Shown here: positions 1 to 8,021 of the stretch, piece after piece
Numbering within the stretch: position 1 is the first letter of the stretch
Layout: each line of letters opens with the position of its first letter
NCBI GenBank assembly: GCA_039589315.1
Contig: JBDHHQ010000107.1
Coordinates: forward strand, 1 to 16,515
Source: Gemmatimonadota bacterium
GTDB taxonomy: Bacteria; Gemmatimonadota; Gemmatimonadetes; Longimicrobiales; Gaopeijiaceae
Length of the DNA: 16,515 nt
Direction of reading: 5' to 3'
Made by a program: the position numbers and the translations under genes
Notes under the pieces: model-generated
The model's input: the letters and a program-made list of their open reading frames with translations, nothing else
What the model was told of the DNA's origin: nothing
Database searches by the model: none

Positions 1-1866
1 CTCGATCCGAATAAGGTCGTAGTGTACCCGCTCGCCACCGACACCGACGTGTCGGGAGCGGACGTGTCGTTCATGCTCCAGGCGGGCCTGGAGCACGCCG
101 ACCCGCTAAGGGCCCTGGACGGATGGGCTTACCTCGCGGGGGACGACGAGCCGGAGGGCTCGACGGTGGGGGCGGAGCAGGCCCGCCAGGTCGCTCTCGC
201 GGAGGGCGCTGGCTTGTATCTGCTCGGACGGGTGGTGACCACGCGGGACTCGGTTCACGTCGGCCTCCGCCTTCACGACGTTAGGGGCGACTCGCTTCTC
301 GCCAGCGAGACCCGGGGCCAGCCCCGCTCGCCCGAAGCCCATCTCCGGGCGGGCCTCGACGCCCTCGTGGCCCTGCTCCCTCTCTGGCTGGATCCTGGAC
401 GGACAGTGGACCTGAGTCCGCTCACCGAGCGCTCCCCCGCTGCCGTGGCCCTCTTCATCCAGGGAGAGCGGGAGTATCGCTCGGCGCGGTTCCGCGAGGC
501 GCTCGACCTCTACGGACAGGCAGTGGCCACCGACTCGCTCCTTGCAATTGCCGCCGTCAAGGGAGGCTGGGCCGCCCACTGGCTGGACCGCCTGGAGGAC
601 GCACAGGAGCTCGTCATGCGGGCCAACGCGGCCATGAACCTGCTTCCGGAACGGTATCGCCGGTTCGCCAGGGCCCAACAGCACTTCCTGGAGGGTGACG
701 GCGAAGGGGCCGCCGCCGAGCTGCGCCCGGTTCTGGTCGACGAACCCGATTGGGCCGAAGCGTGGATGACCTACGGCGAGGTCCACCGACACCTGTTCCC
801 GCAAGGTGCGAGCCTGGACTCGGCCGAGTCAGCGTTCCGCGCTTCGACCGCCGCCGACCCGTCTTTCACGCCGCCGCTGTATCACCTCGCGGAGGGAGCC
901 GTCCTCCAGGGTCGTCACGACGAGGTCCCAGGCCTTCTCGAGGCCTACGCGGCCGCCGATCCGGACTCACAGAACCTCGCGATTCTCGACCTCATCGCGA
1001 CGTGCGCCGCAGAGGGCAGCTCCGCAGAGCTGTGGGCTTCCCGGGCGTCTTTGGGTACCGACGGCCTCCTGGAGGCCGCCAAGACGCTGTCCACTGGAGC
1101 GACGTACCCGCGGTGCGCCGAAGACGGGTTCCGCGCCGTCCTGGCAGGCGATCCGCCGAGCAACCGGGCCTGGGGAGCCGTGCTGGGACTCAATGGCGTG
1201 ATGGCTGCCGAGGGGCGGTACGCCGAGCTCGAGGCGCTCATCGACTCGGCGGCCTCGGCGATCTCGGCCGGGGCCAGGCTCCTGTACGTGACCGACGCCT
1301 TGGCGGGTGCGCCGTTCGCCAGCCAGGCCGACGCCCTCGATGGCCTGGTGAAGAGCATCTACGGGGACTCCTACGATGGCGCACAGTCCGCCACACTCTT
1401 CGTGCTGGGGACCTGGCACGCGTCCAGGGGATCCGAGGGGCGGATCACTCAGGTGCGGAACATCCGGAGCGCGCTCCAGGCCGAGGCCGACGATGGGGGC
1501 AGCCAGGAACTCGCGCAGGTTCTCCTCGCTCACGAACGGCTGGCCATGAAGGATTCGCTTGGAGCGATGGAAACCCTGGAGGCCCGTCTGCCGGTGGCTC
1601 CCTACCAGGAGCTGGTGTGGGGGCTGGCCGCGCCTCTTGCCTTCCCCTTGTTGGCCCGGGCCCGGATCGAGCTGGCCCAGAGGCGGTTCGAGGAGGCTCT
1701 CGCTACGGCCTCACTGTTCGACCACCCGCAACCCGTCGTCTACCTGCCGTACCTGCCGGAGAGCCTTTCGATCCGGATCGACGCCGCGCGCGCCCTGGGG
1801 CGTGAATCGCTGGCCGCCGGGTTCGAGCGGAGACTCCGATCCCTGAGGGGAGGCCCTGGCGCCTGA
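1..1866 (+). CDS. 5'-truncated TPR-repeat protein with a TolB-N/FlgO-like domain; probably the extracytoplasmic part of a receptor-like protein such as a Ser/Thr kinase-TPR
   Basis: The frame is open from base 1 (LDPNKVVVYPL...), so the GTG at 22 is not the start. Contains 'ARQVALAEGAGLYLLGRV...VGLRLHDV' followed by TPR-like helices ('SPAAVALFIQGEREYRSARFREALDLYGQAVATDSLLAIA', 'PDWAEAWMTYGEVHRH', 'DPSFTPPLYHLAE'). The N-terminal domain lies outside the window. Confidence 0.8.
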   Translation, partial: LDPNKVVVYPLATDTDVSGADVSFMLQAGLEHADPLRALDGWAYLAGDDEPEGSTVGAEQARQVALAEGAGLYLLGRVVTTRDSVHVGLRLHDVRGDSLLASETRGQPRSPEAHLRAGLDALVALLPLWLDPGRTVDLSPLTERSPAAVALFIQGEREYRSARFREALDLYGQAVATDSLLAIAAVKGGWAAHWLDRLEDAQELVMRANAAMNLLPERYRRFARAQQHFLEGDGEGAAAELRPVLVDEPDWAEAWMTYGEVHRHLFPQGASLDSAESAFRASTAADPSFTPPLYHLAEGAVLQGRHDEVPGLLEAYAAADPDSQNLAILDLIATCAAEGSSAELWASRASLGTDGLLEAAKTLSTGATYPRCAEDGFRAVLAGDPPSNRAWGAVLGLNGVMAAEGRYAELEALIDSAASAISAGARLLYVTDALAGAPFASQADALDGLVKSIYGDSYDGAQSATLFVLGTWHASRGSEGRITQVRNIRSALQAEADDGGSQELAQVLLAHERLAMKDSLGAMETLEARLPVAPYQELVWGLAAPLAFPLLARARIELAQRRFEEALATASLFDHPQPVVYLPYLPESLSIRIDAARALGRESLAAGFERRLRSLRGGPGA

Positions 1867-1891
1867 GTCCCCTCCAAGCACCCTCTTTTCC

Positions 1892-1900
1892 GAGGAGGTG
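1892..1900 (+). promoter_or_regulatory. Strong Shine-Dalgarno (GAGGAGGTG) for the 114-aa ORF
   Basis: Sequence cGAGGAGGTGacATG immediately precedes the ATG at 1903. Confidence 0.7.
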
Positions 1901-1902
1901 AC

Positions 1903-2247
1903 ATGGTCTACGTAGCGCTCCTAATCGCGATCATCGCCCTGATCGTGGCGTTCCAAGCCTCGAGTAAGGCGAGCGGTGGCGGCCCGCCCCCGAATGGTCT
2001 TCGTGGCATCCTGAGGGAGTGGATCACCGACCGGACGGGAAATCCCCAGCCGAACCACCGAGCGCTCAAAGACTGGCAGAGCAACGTCGCGAGCTCGCTG
2101 AACGAGATTGAGAACTACCTCAAGACCCATCAGGGCCAGTCGCCTCTGGGGACGTTCGTTCATGGCGGCAACGAGCAGAACTTCCTCTGGGTCCTCAAGG
2201 ACCCCGGTCCGAAGAACGGCGACCCGCCCGACGCGCCGGGCCTCTGA
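1903..2247 (+). CDS. Small hypothetical protein (114 aa) with N-terminal hydrophobic anchor/signal segment
   Basis: Strong RBS and ATG start, 36 bp after the TPR gene stop. Hydrophobic N-terminus VYVALLIAIIALIVAF, GGGPPP linker, amphipathic helices, Pro-rich C-terminus DPPDAPGL. Confidence 0.8.
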   Translation: MVYVALLIAIIALIVAFQASSKASGGGPPPNGLRGILREWITDRTGNPQPNHRALKDWQSNVASSLNEIENYLKTHQGQSPLGTFVHGGNEQNFLWVLKDPGPKNGDPPDAPGL

Positions 2248-2248
2248 T

Positions 2249-2295
2249 CGAGCGACAGGATCGCTCGGGAGTCCCGGACCATCCCGGGGCTCCCG
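2249..2295. terminator. Hairpins between convergent genes; possible bidirectional terminator or RNA-stability structure
   Basis: CGAGCGA(2249-2255)/TCGCTCG(2261-2267) forms a 7-bp stem. CGGGAGTCCCGG(2266-2277)/CCGGGGCTCCCG(2284-2295) forms a 12-bp stem with one G-U pair. No U-tract. Confidence 0.4.
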
Positions 2296-2322
2296 GGCGC
2301 TTCCGAAGTGCGGCCGTCAGGG

Positions 2323-3957
2323 TCAAGGACGAAACACGACGACCTGCCGCTGCTCCGGCACCACGGTGACCGTCTTCTGGGACGGCGCGATCGCGAGCGC
2401 GGGATCGGTCAGCTGAACCACGTACGTCCCGGGAGCCAAGGCTTCGAACTGGAACCGGCCCTGCCGATCCGTCATCGTCGAGTCGGCCGCGGGGCCCGTC
2501 AGCTCCACCGGCGTTCCGCCGACCGGAGCCCGTGGCGTCAGCACGTATCCTTCGATGACGGGACCGACCGACGGGTCGCCAGCTACCAGGACCTCGAGTC
2601 CGATCTCTTGCGGGAGGCGCACCGGCTCCAAGGTCCAATACGCGGCCGGGAGCTGGCCCGTAGTGAGAACGTAGACCTCGGGACGAAGCCCCTGGAACAC
2701 GAACGATCCGGTGGCGTCCAGGGTGGCTGACCGCGCCTGTCCTCCGCCGACGAGCGTCACCGGGACTCCGGCCACGGCCGTCCCGCGGGGGGCGACCGTG
2801 CCCCGGATCAAGCCGCCGGAGGACAACCGCAGGCTGCCGGTCGCTGCGGAGGTCGGGCTCTCCGCTCCTTCTGCAACGGCCCGGAACTCGACCCGACTGC
2901 CCCCCGGAGCCAGGACGCCGGCCGCGTTCAAGCCCGGTCTCGATCCCAATCGCCAGCTGAACGTCGCCCGGCCGCCGGCGTCCGTCTGGGCCGCTGGGAC
3001 GTCGATGAAGCCGCCGCCCCGCGTCGCCCGCGCGGAAATCTCGACACCCTGCAACGCACCGCCGTTGGCGTCCGTCGCTACCACGGTCAGGGAAATGGAA
3101 CCCAGCGGGGCGTCCACGGCGAAAGCATCCGTGACCGCGGTCAGCGTCGGCATCGCGCCGAGCACGCGGATCGTGGCGGAATCGGCCGCGCCTCCGGGGG
3201 CGGTCGCGACCAGGGTGGTCCGACCTACCGTCTGTGCCGTGACGTTGCCGGTCGCGTCCGCTGTGGCGACTTGTGGATCGATCGTCTGCCACTGGATGCC
3301 GGGCACGAGTGGGATCGCGACGTCGTGGACGTCACGCAGGGCCACTCGAGCCTGGATGCTCGCGCCGATCTCCAGATCCAGCGGATCGGGATCGATCCGG
3401 ACTGAGCCCACGGTGGGCGGAAGGCCTTGGGCCCGGTCCAAGACGCTCGAGACGGTGCGCGCGACGTCGTCCCGGTGACCCCACACCGTGGCCGAATCTC
3501 GGGCGGTCTCCAGCGCGTCCGTGGCACCCAGGTCGCCCAGAGAGAGGGCCGCGCGGATCCGGACGCCGGCCAGACGATTGCCCACCTGTTCCGATACCCA
3601 CGGAACCGAGTCCACCGCCGGCCGGCTCATCCGCCGCCATTGCCGCCCGTACCGGCGGGCGTACTGGTCGAGGGTGGCGTCCGGCCAAAGCGCCAGGACC
3701 GATAGCAGCGCCGGAATCGCGGAAGGGCCCAGGGCCTGCACGTTCGCCCGCTCCTGGGCATCGCATTCGATGCAGGTCAGCCACCGCTCGATGGACCGCA
3801 TCTGGGACGCGGTCAGGGTGGCGTCCTGCTGGGCTGAGAGCGATCCGTTGGGGAAGGTCGAGAGGGCGGCGACCACCACCAGCCAAAGTGGCGCTCGGAG
3901 GCCAGCCCTGCCTACGCTCCACGCCAATGCAGGCGGGGCTGCGTGCGCGGGCTTCAT
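2323..3957 (-). CDS. Secreted multidomain protein (544 aa): signal peptide, CxxC/HEAT-like helical domain, Big_2-like and Big_1-like Ig domains, two carboxypeptidase-regulatory/Cna-B-like beta-sandwich domains
   Basis: The ATG at 3957 overlaps the upstream TGA (ATGA). Signal-like LWLVVVAALSTFPNGSLSA-QQ; 'WLTCIECD'; 'RIRAALSLGDLG'. Big_2 pattern 'SVRIDPDPLDLEIGASIQ...IQWQTIDPQVATADATGNVTAQTVGRTTLVAT'; Big_1 pattern 'ATDANGGALQGVEIS...TDAGGRATFSWRLG'; 'DATGSFVFQGLRPEVYVL' and 'TDRQGRFQFEALAPGTYVV'. Confidence 0.8.
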   Translation of the reverse strand: MKPAHAAPPALAWSVGRAGLRAPLWLVVVAALSTFPNGSLSAQQDATLTASQMRSIERWLTCIECDAQERANVQALGPSAIPALLSVLALWPDATLDQYARRYGRQWRRMSRPAVDSVPWVSEQVGNRLAGVRIRAALSLGDLGATDALETARDSATVWGHRDDVARTVSSVLDRAQGLPPTVGSVRIDPDPLDLEIGASIQARVALRDVHDVAIPLVPGIQWQTIDPQVATADATGNVTAQTVGRTTLVATAPGGAADSATIRVLGAMPTLTAVTDAFAVDAPLGSISLTVVATDANGGALQGVEISARATRGGGFIDVPAAQTDAGGRATFSWRLGSRPGLNAAGVLAPGGSRVEFRAVAEGAESPTSAATGSLRLSSGGLIRGTVAPRGTAVAGVPVTLVGGGQARSATLDATGSFVFQGLRPEVYVLTTGQLPAAYWTLEPVRLPQEIGLEVLVAGDPSVGPVIEGYVLTPRAPVGGTPVELTGPAADSTMTDRQGRFQFEALAPGTYVVQLTDPALAIAPSQKTVTVVPEQRQVVVFRP

Positions 3958-5657
3958 GGCGGGGGCACCCGGATGAGGCCCAAGTGCAGCCGGGGGCAAT
4001 CGCCGAGATTGATCGGCCAGGAGTCCTGGGCGGGGCAGGTTCGCGTCGGCGGGGCCCAGGGGCCGGCCTGGAGCCACCAGTTCATCCAGGAGTCCGCGTG
4101 AAAGCTCATCCGGAATGCCTGGCCGACGGAGAAATCGTCACGGTAGCGGATCGCGCCGCCCAGCGGTCCCGAAACGGTCATTACGCCGGCGTTGTCGAAA
4201 GTCACGTAGTTGTCCGTGTGGCCTTCGTACGCCATGGGGGGGGACCTGAGTCCCAATGCATGGCCCATCTCATGAGCCAGGAGGCCTGCCTCGCGCGCTG
4301 ACCATTCGATCACGACGACCTGGGCATGTCCCGCGGTCGGAAGGCAGGAGCGCGCGGGAAGCCCACTAGGTCCGACGTCCGCGACGAACACGATATGAAA
4401 GCCCGGGGCGCCGGTGGCGATGCCGAATTGCTGGCGGATTACAGAGTGATCGCACACGTCGTCATTGAAGTTCACGTCTGCGGTGGTCAAACCATCGGAC
4501 TTGAGGCCCGACTTGTCGTGGTTGCTCACATCGAGAAGGATTCCGCTCCGGGAGCGCAGAAAGATATCGGAGGTGGCATCGACGAGGGCCTGTGCCTGGG
4601 AGACGTAGGTCGTGGGGTTGGGCAGGTTGTAGCGCAAGCGGAGTGGCAGCTTGCGCGTCCCGAGCGCCGGGGTGTTGCGCCGCTTCACCGATGTCCCCGA
4701 GGCGGGGACCGGGGGAAGGTCGAGGGCCAGCGCATCCGATGCCGCCATCGACCAAGGCTCCGCCACCGTGTCCAGCGGCTTTTTGACAGTGAGACGGTCG
4801 GCCGGCTCGAGCAGGGCCCCCCGGTGCACCGAGAACGCCATCAGCTCGGGCGGATCCACGGTCCGGGTGACCGCGTCCGTGAATTCGCACGGCGTGAGAT
4901 TCCTCCGCGGAAAGGCAAGTCCCACCATGACGAAGACGTGATCGTCGCGGCAGGCGGGCGTCCCACGGAGACTCCAGAGGAGGGCGCCAAACCCTCTCCC
5001 GGGGGCCAGCGAGCGCGCCCCGACCAGCCCGACGTCGAGCGCGATGAACGACGGTGGCGTGTTGATGCCGGCCGTCATTGCGAGTACGTCTCCGGACGAG
5101 CGGTTCTGAAGCCGGCTGAGGGGAGAGACCCAGATCACGGCGGTGTCGGCGACGGCATTGCCACCGACGGTCGGGGCCTCCACGACGATCGTGATGGAGT
5201 CCGGGTCGCTCGTGGGCACCGTCACCACCGTCGAGTCTGCAGCCGTCGCGCTGAACACCCCCAGCGAGGTCGGTCCCCAGGTCAGGGGTGTGCCGGCAAT
5301 CTCCAGGTCGATCGCCACCTGCTTCCCGCCTACGGTGCCCCACCCGCGGACGTGAAGCGTCAACCGGGTCCCCGGGAGCGCGTGGATCCTGTCGGGCACG
5401 ATCTGTATGGTCTCGACCGTCGGGGGCGCCGTCATGAGCGCGAGAAAGTACTGGGACTCGAACTCTTCCTCTTCGTCACTCCACTCCGCACACAGCAAGA
5501 TCAGCCCCGCCAGAGCGAAGACCAGCGCGAGCAAGGCCACCAGCGTCACCGAGCCGCCAGGGGTACCGCCCTCGGCCGAGTGGGGGAGGCGGAAGGAGAA
5601 GCGCATCGGGGGATACGGACGGGATCGAGGGAACACCCTACCCTTCCAATTCGCCAT
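3954..5657 (-). CDS. Membrane-anchored zinc metalloprotease, metzincin-like (M43/pappalysin-like C-terminal domain)
   Basis: HEMGHALGL motif (first His at 4272-4274), Met-turn-like NAGVM, and FSVGQAFRM resembling the M43 FTxGQxxRM helix. N-terminal TM segment VTLVALLALVFALAGLILLC then an Ig-like strand region. Start uncertain: GTG 5813, ATG 5657 or ATG 5606. Confidence 0.72.
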   Translation of the reverse strand: MANWKGRVFPRSRPYPPMRFSFRLPHSAEGGTPGGSVTLVALLALVFALAGLILLCAEWSDEEEEFESQYFLALMTAPPTVETIQIVPDRIHALPGTRLTLHVRGWGTVGGKQVAIDLEIAGTPLTWGPTSLGVFSATAADSTVVTVPTSDPDSITIVVEAPTVGGNAVADTAVIWVSPLSRLQNRSSGDVLAMTAGINTPPSFIALDVGLVGARSLAPGRGFGALLWSLRGTPACRDDHVFVMVGLAFPRRNLTPCEFTDAVTRTVDPPELMAFSVHRGALLEPADRLTVKKPLDTVAEPWSMAASDALALDLPPVPASGTSVKRRNTPALGTRKLPLRLRYNLPNPTTYVSQAQALVDATSDIFLRSRSGILLDVSNHDKSGLKSDGLTTADVNFNDDVCDHSVIRQQFGIATGAPGFHIVFVADVGPSGLPARSCLPTAGHAQVVVIEWSAREAGLLAHEMGHALGLRSPPMAYEGHTDNYVTFDNAGVMTVSGPLGGAIRYRDDFSVGQAFRMSFHADSWMNWWLQAGPWAPPTRTCPAQDSWPINLGDCPRLHLGLIRVPPP

Positions 5658-5809
5658 GAACCCGCCCGTGCCGCAAGGGTCTTCCGTGCGGGTGAACGTC
5701 GGCCGCCTCAGCGACGTCCCCACGCTTGACCGCGCTGCGCCAACCTCAGGCCACGTTGGCTCAAGCAGAGGAAGCGTCGCATGAAGAGTCCGAGGCCAGG
5801 GGTCGCGTT

Positions 5810-6541
5810 TCACCCCCCCTCTTCTGCCAACACCTCCCGTGCCTCAGCCAGGCGCTCCGGATTGCCGATCTCCAGCCACCGGCTGCCCCCGACCTCGAAG
5901 GGCGAGATGCGGGCGCCTTCGGAGGCCATGCGCAGGTAGGCGTCCAGAATGTCGAAGGGCGGCGTTTCCACGAGGCGATCGAAGATCGCGGGCGAGATCG
6001 CGTGCACCCCGGCGAAGGACCAGCGGCGGACGGGGCCCTCGGGCTCTCGCACCGACCGGCTCCACCCCTCGGTCTGGTTGTCCCGGCCCATGAGGCCCCC
6101 GTCGTCGAACAAGACGCAGCGGGACGAGCCCCGGTCGTGCACGGCCAGGGTGGCCAGGTCGCCACTGCGTTGCTGGGCGGCATAGAGACCGCTCAGGTCC
6201 AGCTCGCTGATGACGTCGCCCACGTGGAGGAGGAACGGCGCCTCGCGTCGGAAGAGGGGCGCCGCGTGGAGGAGGCCGCCCCCGGTGCCCAGGGGACGCT
6301 CCGGCTCGTGGGACAGGACCAGCTCGGCGCCCAGTGTCCAGCGCTCCCGGGCGAAGCGTTCGACTTGGTCCGCCAGGTGGTGGGCGTTGACGATGATGCG
6401 ATCCGCCCCGGCCCGGATCAGCCGTTGGGCGATGTGCTCCAGCACCGTGGCCCCGGCCACCTGAACCAGGGCCTTGGGCGTGTGGTCGGTCAGGGGCCGG
6501 AGGCGCTTGCCGTACCCGGCGGCCAGGATCATGGCGTCCAC
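5810..6541 (-). CDS. murU: Nucleotidyltransferase, MurU-like (N-acetylmuramate alpha-1-phosphate uridylyltransferase)
   Basis: AMILAAGYGKRLRPLTDHTPKALVQVAG, NAHHLADQ, PLGTGGGL, WLEIGNPERL. 243-aa single domain lying directly downstream of an amgK-like gene. Confidence 0.85.
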   Translation of the reverse strand: MDAMILAAGYGKRLRPLTDHTPKALVQVAGATVLEHIAQRLIRAGADRIIVNAHHLADQVERFARERWTLGAELVLSHEPERPLGTGGGLLHAAPLFRREAPFLLHVGDVISELDLSGLYAAQQRSGDLATLAVHDRGSSRCVLFDDGGLMGRDNQTEGWSRSVREPEGPVRRWSFAGVHAISPAIFDRLVETPPFDILDAYLRMASEGARISPFEVGGSRWLEIGNPERLAEAREVLAEEGG

Positions 6542-6554
6542 GGCGACGGCGTCG

Positions 6555-8021
6555 TCAGGCCGTCGGGGCGCCGGTCTCGACGGCCCGGTCCGGCCAGCGC
6601 GAGGCCTCGCGGTGGACCACCGTGACGGTCACGTCGGGAAAGCGCTCCCGGAGGTGGGCGGCGATGCGCTCGGCGAAGTACACCGACCGGTGCTGTCCTC
6701 CCGTGCAGCCGAACGCGACGCTCAAGCTCCAGAATCCCCGGGCCCGGTAGGCCTCCACCTGAGCGTCGGTCAGGGCATGCACCCCCTCCCAGAACCGCTG
6801 CCCTTCGGGCAGCTCCTCGATGAAGCTGGCCACTTCGGAATCGAGTCCGGTCATCGCCTCGTACCGGGCTTGCCGCCCGGGATTCGGAACCGCCCGACAG
6901 TCGAAGACGAAGCCGCCGCCGTGGCCCGAGTCGTCGTCGGGGTAGCCCTGCCGATAGCTGAAGCTGTTGACCTTCACGTGGAGCCCGTCGGCCCGTTCCG
7001 CCTCGTCGCCAGCGCCCGACCAGCGGTCCACGATGTGGCGAAACACCGCCTCGACCTCGGGCAGCTCCAGGGGCAGGCCCCGCTCCAGGATGCCGGCGAT
7101 GTTCCTGGCGGCGTAGGGGACGCTCCGGAGGAATCGGGTCTTCTGTTCGAAGAAGCCCCGGTAGCCGTAGGCCCCCATGGCCTGGAGGATGCGCACCAGG
7201 ACGTACCCCGGGTAGCGCGCCAGGAAGGCGTCGCGGTCCAGGTCAACCAGCTCACCCAGGGCGTCGAGGTAGTGGTGGAGCAGCTCGGCCCTGGCCGACT
7301 CGGGAAGGTCGGCCTTGGCGTCGTAGACGAGCGACGCCAAGTCGTACTGAAGGGCGCCCCGGCGGCCCCCCTGGTAGTCGATGAACCACGGCTCTCCGTT
7401 TCGCAGCATGATGTTGCGCGACTGGAAGTCCCGGTACAGGAAGTGGTCCGTATCGGCTTCCAGCAGGAAGTCGATGAGCGCCTGGAAGTCTCGCTCCAGC
7501 GGCGCCTCCCTGAAGGGCACGTGGGCCAGCTTGAGGAAGTGGTACTTGAAGTAGTTCAGGTCCCACAGGATGGACTGCCGGTCGAAGGCCTCCCGGGGAT
7601 AGGCCACCGAGTAGTCCACGACCCGGTGCCCCTCCACCTGGAAGCGGGGCAGCACCTCCACGACCCGTCGGTACGGCCCGAGCATCTCGGCGGGAAAGCT
7701 CCCCCCAACTGCTTTCCGGGCGTCGTCGAGGGCCGAGAACAGCGTGGTGTCGCCCAGGTCCTCCATGAGCCACACGCCCGCTTCCTGGTCGATGGCGAAG
7801 AGCTCAGGAACGTTGAGCCCGATGCCCCGAAAGGCGCGGGAATAGGACCAGAAGGCCCGGTTCTCTTCCGGCTCGGGACCCACGGCTCCGACGACGGTCT
7901 GGCCGTCGGATCCCACGAGGCGGTGGTAGGAACGAGCCGAGCCGTCGGCGGCGACGCCCAGAACGTCGGTGGGCTCGGCACCGAAGACGTCCTGGTAGAG
8001 ACGGAGGATGCGGGCGTACAT
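6555..8021 (-). CDS. amgK: AmgK-like (APH-fold) anomeric MurNAc/GlcNAc kinase fused to a RapZ C-terminal domain (488 aa)
   Basis: Kinase motifs DGSARSYHR, LMEDLGD, YRDFQSRNIM, FIDYQGG, YDLASL. RapZ-CTD motifs SFSYRQG, FVFDCRAVPNP, GCTGGQHRSVYFAE. The ATG at 8021 (MYARILRLY) is preferred to the ORF-track start at 8171. Confidence 0.85.
   Translation of the reverse strand: MYARILRLYQDVFGAEPTDVLGVAADGSARSYHRLVGSDGQTVVGAVGPEPEENRAFWSYSRAFRGIGLNVPELFAIDQEAGVWLMEDLGDTTLFSALDDARKAVGGSFPAEMLGPYRRVVEVLPRFQVEGHRVVDYSVAYPREAFDRQSILWDLNYFKYHFLKLAHVPFREAPLERDFQALIDFLLEADTDHFLYRDFQSRNIMLRNGEPWFIDYQGGRRGALQYDLASLVYDAKADLPESARAELLHHYLDALGELVDLDRDAFLARYPGYVLVRILQAMGAYGYRGFFEQKTRFLRSVPYAARNIAGILERGLPLELPEVEAVFRHIVDRWSGAGDEAERADGLHVKVNSFSYRQGYPDDDSGHGGGFVFDCRAVPNPGRQARYEAMTGLDSEVASFIEELPEGQRFWEGVHALTDAQVEAYRARGFWSLSVAFGCTGGQHRSVYFAERIAAHLRERFPDVTVTVVHREASRWPDRAVETGAPTA

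Noticed and set aside
3760..3785. CIEC as a c-type heme-binding site
   Set aside because: The motif is CxxCD, not CxxCH.
5485..5545. Lipoprotein signal in the protease (..LILLC)
   Set aside because: ILLC does not fit the lipobox [LVI][ASTVI][GAS]C, so it is treated as a TM anchor.
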